DNA from: Pelomyxa schiedti
Taxonomy: Eukaryota > Protista > Evosea
DNA: 40,790 nt
Reading direction: 5' to 3'
Assembly: GCA_020536535.1 (NCBI GenBank)
Contig: JAHLWZ010000106.1
Span: forward strand, 1 to 40,790
Below are positions 12,101 through 24,568 of this stretch, piece by piece. The notes beneath the pieces were generated by a model. That model did not search any database, was not told the DNA's origin, and worked only from the letters and a program-made list of their open reading frames with translations. The first letter of the stretch is position 1, and each line of letters opens with the position of its first letter. The position numbers and the translations under genes are program-made.

Positions 12101-13338
12101 CTGTGGCAGCTGCGATCCAGGCCAGAGTCATGAAGAAATTGAATTTTAATGAGTACTGTACTTCATGAGAAAGTCTCATGGGAGGAATGAAGAAACCTCA
12201 AGAGAATGACGATAGAAGAAATAAATAGGCACCATCCAAGCAGCACGGAACTGTCTCATGGCTAGATATTTGCGAAACTGAACCATTGCCGTCTTGATTC
12301 CATCAAGATTTTCTTCAAAACTGGTTGGTATTAGGACAAACAGCTGGCGAAAGTAACGACACAGTTCAATTACAGCTTTTCCAAAAATAAGTCCTTCTGC
12401 TTTTGAACACTGTAAAGTACTTAAGTCCCATACTGAAGATGCTTGCTCGACTGTCTAGTTACATTTAGCAAAATAGGAGCACTCTGTTCATACCTGCATG
12501 AAGTGAGTTGCTACAGAGTGCAGCAAGTTGTCCTTATAATTGTCAATCATGTCACTTATGTATTGGTGAAGACACTGATCATGGCCATCAGGGTAGTATT
12601 TCTTGAATTTGTCATTAAGTTTTGCCACAAGTTGTTCTGGGGACAGGGGAAAAAAAAAAGGTTAATTGCCATATCAATATGTGGTGACACATTCACCAAG
12701 TTGATTACATAGACAAGGTGCAAGGGAAAAAAAGGTTGCCACACCTCTGTTTATGCGAAGGACTTCCTTTTTCTCATCGGGGTTCAGTGATGCCCAAAGT
12801 TCAGCCTGCCTCTTTGGGTCACACCTCCTGTACTCTGGAAGCTTCAAGGTGGCCCCATAGTTGTATGTAAATCCACTACTACCTGATGAACCACCCCCTC
12901 CCCATCCTGAATAATTCATATTCGGGTGATGAAAGTTGATCACAGAGTTGGACCCACCCCCAGATGGGCATCCTACACACACACACACACCATCCCATAA
13001 GTAAAAAAAAAAAACACCCCAATAACAAAAACAAAGCAACACTCATCCCACTCCATTCCATTCCGTCCCATAATCCCACACCCTCCCACTAGTATCATCT
13101 ACTACTAGCACGGGCACACACACACACACGCACACGCACACGCACCGGCACCGTGGTGGTGGCCCCCCCCTGCGCCGGGCGAATGCCCCCCGCCGCCGTG
13201 CCAGTGTCCCCCGCCGCACGACGACGAGAACCCACAGCCCCCGTTGCCGTTGCCGCCGCCGCTGCTGCTCGACCCACTTCCCCCTCGCCCGCCTAGGTTG
13301 AACCCGAACAACGTGTTGCCTCCTCGGTGCGTGTGCAT
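9131..13338 (-). CDS. Large multi-exon protein with a C-terminal RING-HC finger (putative E3 ligase)
   Basis: A Gly-rich first exon (MHTHRGG...HHHGAG) splices in frame to GCPSGGG...ELWASLNPDEKKEVLRI. Helical middle exons and long P/S/T-rich exons follow. The protein ends CIVCLDRYRACYLQPCGHSVTCLECSRKLTECPLDKCKITSIEPYLS (9134-9274). Joining all exons into one gene is inferred. Confidence 0.72.
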
Positions 13339-13706
13339 GACGATGATGCTGCTGCTGCCGTCCTAGTCGTTCGTGTGTTGTGGTGCTGCTCTTGTCTTTA
13401 TTATCCTGCGAGTTTTTTTTTTGTTGGTTTTTTATTGTGTGCAGCGGAATTGATCGAGGACGAAAAACTAGGTGGGTCAAAGTCACTTTTCTTCAACTTC
13501 GTTACTGAGAATGTCCGAGAAATACTTACTCGCAGCAGTTGGGTGCAGATTACTTCAGCCGTTGATGAACGTGGTGCACCAAAGGGAAGTTTGTTCACCG
13601 AACAAAAAGAAAATACGGTACGGTTTTCAGAGTACAAATGAGAGATTGGGTTCTTTTAGGGCGTCACAACCATACAAGCAACAGTGAGTAGAGTTTGTTG
13701 GTGTGT

Positions 13707-16060
<2,354 letters not shown>

Positions 16061-17999
16061 ATGGGCGGAGGTTACTACGAGCGAGAAGTCGGTCCGTGTC
16101 TTCGTCACAATCCACAATCGCATTCACATCCACCCCGTTGCACAACACACGCCCATGTGATGTATCATTGTTTGTGACCTGGCATTTCGTTTCCGTCCTC
16201 TCTTTTTTTTTTTTTCCTCCTCGCAACAGAGTCGGTGCCAGCACCGTCGTACACAAGCACCACTAGTTCGTATGCGCCATCGGCGCCTGCGTATTCATCC
16301 AAGGCCGACGCAATTATGAAGGCGCACAAGACGATGGATGCCTCTTGCACTCCAAAGCGCGTTGTGGTATTTGTCATTCCCGTTTTACATATGAATATTG
16401 CCTTTATCTTCTTTAACCTCTTGGGGAACGTTGAATCACACTTTTTTTTAGACCTGCACACATAGGAATCCAGTAGTTTGTGCACTGGATGTGACGGGCT
16501 CTATGGGTAATTGGTCAAAGATCATCTGGGATAAACTACCTATGTGGGAACATTGGCTATAAACTACGTACTAATATACTTCAGGTTCTTTGGGCAGCTT
16601 ATAGTGCAGGGTTACCTCCCAGATCCTTCTGTATGTCCTATTCTTCTTCCGTTTATTAAGCGCTCCTAGATATGCTTCGTGGCTGTAGGGGATGCTAACA
16701 GTGATCAAGCACCTCTCCAAGTTACTGAATTCGCAGAGGGGACAGATATTGACTCCCAACTAGCTAAATTATGGCTGGAAGGGGGAGGAGGTGGTCAGAA
16801 CTATGAGACCTATGAACTTGCTGCCTACTACCTTGCCAAAAAATGCGAGTATGCTTTCACTATCCACCTTTCTGCTTTTCTTACTCTAATTCAGAATGCC
16901 AAATGCTGAGCAAAAAGGAATAGTTTTCTTCACTGGTGATGAGGGGTATTACCCAGCAGTTCTTGCGGAACACCGGGCTGAAATCTTTGGGGATGACGGC
17001 CCAACCATTCCAGCTGGTATTTCTGTGCCAAACAATTAGGTCCTTACCCAATTTTAGCTGAGATATGGAAAGAACTGCGACGCAAATTCCATGTCTTCTT
17101 CCTGCACAAAGTACACCCCATCTCTCGATAACTCAAGTAACATAACACTCAACGCGACAGCCCTACTTTGATGAAGAAGTTGACGAAGAAATGGTAGAAA
17201 AATGGAACAAGGCAGTCGGTCCTGAGCACGTTCTTCATATGGATGATCCAAAAGCTGTAGTTGATGTTATGCTTGTATGCATGTTGCCACAGATCTTTTC
17301 TCTTATTTATTACAGGGAGCCATAGCACTGGCATATAAATCCAGAACAATGGACAAATACTTCTCAGACATGCAGGAAAGAGGTCAAACTCCTGACAGGT
17401 TTGCGATTCATTGTTTTTGTTCCTTTTGGCGACTGAGTGGCGTCTCCAGAATCAAGAAAGTGAAGGCTGCACTTGGTTCATTTAGTACTGCTGCAGTTGA
17501 CGAACCGACGCCAACATTGTCTACAACAACTTCCGCTGCAGTCACAAGTCTGATACCTATAATGAAATACACACTTAACCAGTTAAAGATGTTGGTGAAG
17601 ACAAACTGCGTACACTTAACAGTGGGCTGGAATACCTGAGAACTGTTGTCCTGTGCGCTTTCTTAATATGATAGACAAGCCTTCACTAATTGCAAACCTA
17701 GGCACTTCCCGGCAAATCTCCGTTGCCCTGTTACCGGCGAGGTATTCAAGAATCCGGTGCGAGTAGATTGCGGCTCTGTGTATGAGAAAGAGGCCATTGA
17801 ATCCTGGTTAGAGGCCAATACCACCGACCCTTTAACCGGCAAGGTACCGGAAATTGTCCTAAAACCAACCTTAAACTAATACACAATTCAGGCTCTGGCT
17901 TCCAAAGCAGTTGTCCAAGACATACCGACAATACAGGCTATGCTGAAGTTTTACAATGACAACTGCGCGCAGCTTGGAGCCACTCCTATGTCATTGTAG
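16061..17999 (+). CDS. vWA-domain protein fused to a C-terminal U-box (putative E3 ligase), multi-exon
   Basis: Spliced exons give MGGGYYERE, NPVVCALDVTGSMGNWSKIIWDKLP (MIDAS-like DxTxS), FVAVGDANSDQAPLQVTEF, LWLEGGGGGQNYETYELAAYYLAK, GIVFFTGDEGYYP and KFHVFFLHK. The U-box follows: LPANLRCPVTGEVFKNPVRVDCGSVYEKEAIESWLEANTTDPLTGK. Confidence 0.85.
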
Positions 18000-18085
18000 T
18001 GTTGTTCCGCTATTAGTTTAATTCTGAAACTCAACATAACACTATTTAGTTCTATCTATCTTTTGTTTCTTTGATTGGCTTTTTT

Positions 18086-21000
18086 TTAATACACCTGAAC
18101 CACACTCTGTACAGTTGCTCTGCATACAGGGCACTCATTGAGAGAGATGCTGCACTGTAGGCATGATGTTATGTGCTTGCAGGGGTTGCACACAACCTCC
18201 CTCTGGGCAGCAAGGCAAACAAGGCACTTTGCGTTTGTTGCATTGAGCCGCGATGCGGCGAGACCTGTGGTAACAGAGGTTGCAGAGCCTCCATCCGGGA
18301 AAGTAATTACTCCGTAACTGCATTGCGATTAGGGATAAGGGGCCCTGTATTGTGGGTAGGGTGGAGAGTAGGGTACACACGTTCCATCTACGTTGACTGC
18401 CTCCCCGTCGTGAATAAGGTTCATGCAGTCTGCAGCACCAACAACTGTTGGAATACCAAGCTCGCGGGCTGTGATAGCACCATGGGAAAGAATTCCACCG
18501 TTCTCAACAACAACAGCGGATGCCTGAAAAGGAAATTAGACTGGAGACTGGTGGAAAAGTGGGGGCAAGTAACCTTGAGGAAGAGTGGTGTCCAGGCACT
18601 ATCTGTGGTTTTGCACACCAGAACATTCCCTACCGTCAGTTTTTGTATTCCTTCGTATGGTGTAGTAGCCACGCATGCCCGGCCGGCTACACAACCAACA
18701 CTTGCTCCCCATCCAATCAACCGTCGTGGCGGAAGTGGGGGCAGCCCACCGCGTGTCTGTGTGGTAGGAAAGGTACGTTTTGGATGAGTCATCTTGAGAG
18801 CGGTATGTCCAACAAAAAGTTCGGGTGCTTCCATATTCTCAAAGACATGAATTTGGAGCCGATTTCTCTGTATGGAGAGCCGCACTTGGTTGCGGACTGT
18901 AGGAGAGTCTACTGAGTTGCTGACGCCAAATTGAGTTTTACATTTTAATGAGTGTAATCATACCACACTGAGACAACTTCGGCAAGTGAAAGGAAATATA
19001 TATCCTCTGGGTTTTCTAGTAATCCGTCCTTAACTAGAATGGAGGCTATGTGGAGAAGGTACTTTCTATCTTATTTTAGTGCACAGTAAATAAAAATGTT
19101 GTTACCTGCATAGGGCAATGTAGAGAACAAGGAGTGTTTTAGTATTTTCCCGGGATCTGGTAATCTCTTGGAATCTGACAAGCACCTTACTAGAAGTAGT
19201 TAGTACCAGTTTGGGATCCAAATACAAACTTCAGCAAAGGACGGGTCAAAAAGGATTGAGAACGTAAAGCTGCTTGTTCAGCCACTTGTCTTGCATCAAT
19301 TAGCTGTGTAATCCTCTGAGAGGATCTGTCACTCTCCGTCCCATTAATGGATCTCTAAAGGAGAACGTGACTGTTGAAAATGGGAGGTTTCTTCACTTAC
19401 TGCTATGGATCCAACAATTTCCAGTACAATTTCTGGCCTCTCCGACCATCTTGGGCATGCCACTTCCATGTCTCTTTCTGCCCTGAACCCATACCTAAGA
19501 AGGAACTGATCCAGTGATGCTTGGAACTTGGTACCCTGGAGGTCTGTCCTCCATGTTGTGGGTAATGGTTTCTGTAATCAGTTAGTAGATTTTTATGAAA
19601 TAGTTTTCATACGGCGGACAGAATCTGCATAACCGCCGATTCTGTTGCGGCTGTCTGTGCAAGTGCAAATAGATCTTGATTTTGGTCCGCAGTCCAAACT
19701 CCTCCAAGTGTAGCTAGCAGTGCTGCAGTAAAATCTTAGGAAGGAAAAATCAAGCTGGCACTTACAGGTGAGGGTGTTGCTTTGCTCTCCAAATGTTTCT
19801 CCCAGGGTCTGGTGGAAAATCCCGGAGTGCAATATGAGGTTCATGTACCTTCATGCCGGTGAAACAACCAGAACAATTTAAGAGCGTTACATAATTCCTA
19901 TGGGTACAAAATGTGCAACCATTGAATCCAACATTACACCAGCCTCCCGCAAATCGAGTCTGGTGGCGTCAAATTCATTGTAGTCCCTCACAAAACGCTG
20001 CCTAGCAGCTAAAGCTTCCCTCTCTACAGTATCCACAAATCCGCTGCTCTTCCAAAGCATTGTAAGAACTGTTACAAGTCCTTGCATTTTTTGGAACATG
20101 GATACAGCTGGGTAGGTCGCAAGTCTAACAACTTTCTCAGGCACATTGAACTGCATGCAACTAAACAAAAGGAATATCGTAATTTAGACTGTGTCACACA
20201 CATATTTGGCTGTGTCATTCCACTGAGAACCAAACAGTTTCATCGCTATTTCGTGATTAACGTTCGAATTTTGATACAGTCTCCCCCATTTCAATTCATA
20301 AAATCCCCGGCTCTACTGAGATTAGTCGAGTTACAATGTGTGTTTCCATACAGTAAAGTAGGGAACTGAAAGTGAATTGCACAGCTCCGACATGCTATTA
20401 TCAATAACCTGCTTGAAAACGCTCCAAGTCAACGGAGTCGAAACATGTCCCATACTCTCTTTAGTATTGAAGGAGGTAAAAATATCACGACTAGAGATGT
20501 GTTAATAAGAGAAGGAGAAAGAAAAAGAAAGATACTTTTGGTGGTTTAGTGGTTTCAACTCTACTTTAGTAACAGGGCGAGCTTGTAAGAACCACAATGT
20601 CGTTCCGTCCCATGCCCACTCGATGTCCTGAGGTACAAACAGTTGTCGCTCTACAGAGAGACACTGTCCGAGAAGAGTCACCCACACGGGACTTGCCATA
20701 AGCGCGTTTGGATCCGCAATAGTCTGAAAAAGGTTAAACAGGATTATATAAAAGATGAAGATACCCCAGAGTACGATTTCAGTTTATAGTCTCTTTTATT
20801 GAATATGAACTAAAGAAATGAGAAAATAAAGGAAGCAAAGTTCTTTACAAACTTGGGTGGGAAGAACTGTTCCAGGTACCACCGGTTCGCCTAAGCCTTG
20901 GATACAGTTGACAACAACCTCTCCAGTGTTTCCAGTGATAGGATTGATTGTAAATACATACTAGACAAAATGAGTACGCATTCTATGCAAAATAAAAAGT

Positions 21001-22541
21001 GGGAACTCACTCCCGAGCAAATTGGCTGAACCATACATTGAACTACCACAGCAAATCGAACGGGCATTGCAGCTGCTTTTTCGCCCAGAGCCAGGCGATA
21101 CAACTGAGAACGTTCATTGCTGTAGATGTGTTAGAAATAGTTCAGTGTATCCTTAGTACTTCGCAGAGTCCCAGCACTGCATGATAGAAGTGTGAAGTTT
21201 ATCAGCAGGGACGTTGAGGAAAGTCTTATGCATCCCCGCAAAAGCCTTATGTCTGGAATCTTCATCAGCACTTGAGGACCGAACCGCAAATTTTGGAAGG
21301 AGTGCGGGGGAAAGGGATCGCAGAATGCTTGGTGGTTGTAGTTGCGGAAGGGAAATTTGTTGTGATAAATCAGAGGCAGGGTCAGTATCAGAAGGTTTTG
21401 TCGTCTCATTTTGGAACATAGAGTTACCATCTGGCTCCTGCGGGATTGGGTGAGTTTAAAGATTCTGGAAACGTCTAAATTTGTGTCATTGTGTAGCACA
21501 CGGCTGATTCATCTTGTCCTTGATCAGGCTGCAAGAATTGGGGTTGGTCTGGATCTTGAGCTTGTTCTTCAGCTAGCTGTTGTGCCTGTTGTTTTTGTCT
21601 CTCTAGAAGTTGTTGCCTAAGGAGAATCAACTGTTGTTCCTGTTGCTGCTGGAGCTGTTGTTGCTCTTGTTGCCACTGTTGGTAGATTGCATGGTTTTGG
21701 GGATGTTTTATCCATTGTTCCACAAGCAGTGTGGTTCGCATTTCTATTTCGTAAGAAAGTTCCTCTGGCCACAAGGAATCATCTGCACGGCATGTTGATG
21801 GAATTGACAGAGTATGAATAAGCATACCTGGAAGTATTGAACTTTCTAACGACTCAGGAACTGTTGAAGTTGTTGTGGTCGTTGTGGTTGTAGTTGTCGA
21901 TGGACTGCTGGCTGTTGTGCTGCTGGTTGTGGATGCCACTGTCGATGCTGTAGGTGAAGGTGTTGCACTTGCAGAGTCGACTGGTTTTGGTGAAAGAGTC
22001 GGGAATGTAGAAACAAAAGGGGGCCGTGCAGGAGGTGCAGTTCGGTGTTTTGACGCGTTCTGTTTGTAGAGCTCATAGCCAGCGGATGTTATGATGAAAC
22101 CTTACATAAGGTGTTACAGGTAGTTTGCCAACTTATATTACTCCATAAAAAGGTGAGCCTACCAGGGGGCACAGTGAACCCGGCCGAAACCAAGCCGCTT
22201 AGCCCTGCACCCTTCCCGCCAACAAGCAACAGCTCCTGGCTAGCCCCGAGCCCAACGCAGTGACGTCTCTCCACACCACTGATGACGCTGACCCCCAACG
22301 AGCCAACGGCACCCGAAACGACACTTCCTAGAACGTTCCCTGAGCCGCCGATGGTGGACGACGATGCCGACGTGGTTGTGGATGTGGTCGTTGTGGTGGA
22401 TTCCGCCGACGACGAAGACGGCGGTTGCATCGAAGATCCCGACGTGGAGATCGCGGCAGACGCAAGGCCAACAACCGCAGTTGACGACACAGATGCGGAG
22501 GACGACGGTAACGTGGTTTGTTGTGCCGGTGTGTCGCTCAT
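18086..22541 (-). CDS. PEP-synthase / rifampicin-phosphotransferase (RPH) / PigC-like enzyme with a C-terminal RING finger, multi-exon
   Basis: The ATP-grasp (PPDK_N) motifs are VGGKGAGLSGLVSAGFTVPPG, FAVRSSSADEDSRHKAFAGMHKTFLNV...CWDS, AVVVQCMVQPICSGV and PQDIEWAWDGTTLWFLQARPVT. The middle domain has FNTKESMGHVSTPLTWS and FLLRYGFRAERDMEVACPRWSERP. The swivel domain has GWGASVGCVAGRA...LVCKTTDSAWTPLF and ENGGILSHGAITARELGIP (His codon at 18482-18484). The RING lies at 18086-18226. Confidence 0.88.
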
Positions 22542-23088
22542 CTCGCCCCGCAACACAACGACTTTTTGTTATTTTTCGTTTCTGTTAGTTTTTTGGCGTT
22601 TGACAGTTTGATGTTTTACAGTCAGTTGACAAGAATGAAGTTTGGTGGGGAACCCCAAGTCCAATGGCACGCATTTGGACACGCAGGCAACTAGTGTCAC
22701 TCGTTCCCGAAACCACCACATCTGGTTCGCATCGGGCTTCATGGCTGTTTTTGAGATATCTCGAAGATTAATCGGTAACTGTGTCATTTCAGTGATCTTT
22801 GTGGTGGCACGTAAGATCTTGGGTCTCTGCTACTGTACTCTTCTGGCTGGCTTGCAAATCAAGCACAATGGGTTCATCAAACCCTGCAGTTCGAGAAAAT
22901 GATCATTTTCGGTCCACCCGTCACCGAACAGTCAATCGGCGCACGAAGTCAAATTGTCAAGGAGCACCCCAATCCACCTCACGCAAAATGGTTTCTTTAA
23001 ATACGGACTCACTCCTTCTCTCTCACAGCAAACAAATACACAACCAAACAAAAGCAAACCCTCACAACAACCAAAAAAAAAAAGAGAA

Positions 23089-24023
23089 ATGAGTACTACT
23101 ACTGCAGCAAGCCCAGTGCATATCGCGTCAGTTGGGGAACCACGCCAGCGTATGAGGGACTCGTGCTCCACAGCAACGCTGGGATTTGGGTACCAAAATG
23201 ATGTGGCTGTCACAATGGCCCGTGGGTTCATGGAAGACCCCTTGGCAAGTGCTTTGGTTACCGACCCCAACACTAGAAGAATTTTCTTGTGGTGCTTTTT
23301 CACGGCTTACTTCCCGGCCTGGATGACCGGGAGGAAAACTGTAAGCCCCGTTGTCATTTAATGTTTGTCCCTTGGAATTATACTTACATGCCATGCATAG
23401 GCCGTTAGGAGATGCTTCTCAAGGGAATCTCCTGCAATCGGTGATACAAAAGCGGCCACTATCTGGTTTGTTTTTTATAACATCCTCTTATTCTGAAGCA
23501 CTACAGGGCAACTTCTCACCTTAATTTCTTTCAAGAGCTGTGGCTTGTATTTACTGTAGCCTGCCTGGTATGGTGGAACATAGGTCCGCCGGTTTTTCTT
23601 TTTTTCTATCTTCTTACACAACAAAGGAATCAAGGGAGTTTTCCTCGTTTTCCGAGTTATATCCGCAGTAGCTCTTTCTGATGAGTGCGAAGTCAGAATT
23701 ATGGGGAAGGGTACCAAGTACATGAAGCTGATCGCAATTTCTACCGATCCCGCAATGAGGAATGGAGGTTTGGGTTCCCTAGTTATTCAACCGGAGCTGG
23801 ACGCTGCTGATGCACAAAATATACCTTGCTACCTGGTAAATCCCTTTTAGTCTTTGTTCTTTCCAATCTTAATTATAACAAAAAGGAGAGCAGCAACTTG
23901 AAGAACCTCACGTTCTACAAAAGAGCTGGATTTGAAACCGTGGAGACACTAAAAGTATTTGGTGTTCCTGTGACTCTCATGAAAAGGCCAAGAGTATCTG
24001 AGAGAGCTGACCAATCTCACTGA
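23089..24023 (+). CDS. GNAT-family N-acetyltransferase, multi-exon
   Basis: N-terminal MARGFMEDPL. The acetyl-CoA motif A region reads YMKLIAISTDPAMRNGGLGSLVI. The C-terminal part reads ADAQNIPCYL/ESSNLKNLTFYKRAGF. Confidence 0.88.
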
Positions 24024-24568
24024 TACACACCCCAGTCGTTCTTATTTCCCATGTGAATAATTGAAAAACACTGTTTTTTTGGAGTTAAAAACTTTGTTTT
24101 ATGGTAGAAGATGTCTCGGGAATAGCTGACGTGGAGAAAGGGCACTTAGGGGACAGTCTTTGAAGGCATTGAACGTGGGGTGACTCTAATTCCGCTGCTT
24201 TTCGGCTTTCACAGGAGATGTCATTCTTAAAAAGGCAAAGAACCTCTGACGAAGGTTCTAGATCGAGATAATCGGTATCAATTCATTCCGCTAACTCCCA
24301 AACTAAACGGAATTGCCCGTCGGCAAACAGCAGGAAAGGTTCCATTTAATTCTGCTTTTTTCTAGAAGTGATAAGCACAAGTGAAGTCACACAAACAAAG
24401 AAAAAACAACGCGACAAGGAGAGACACCCAATAAAAAGAAAAAAAAACACTTCAACGTAACAACGCGTGCTGTTACCACCCCACTAAGAAGAAAAAAAAG
24501 CGCACATTTTTGTTTTGTACCTTACCGCGTTTGCAAACAATCCCCCAATCGGTTCCCCACGATAAGAG

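Noticed and set aside
12960-13145. (CA)n/(GT)n and attcc micro-repeats
   Set aside because: These are ordinary simple repeats inside the first intron of the RING gene.
18086-22541. Calling this gene ordinary pyruvate phosphate dikinase or PEP synthase
   Set aside because: No C-terminal pyruvate-binding TIM barrel follows the His swivel. The swivel comes after an RPH/PigC-type middle domain and is followed by a RING.
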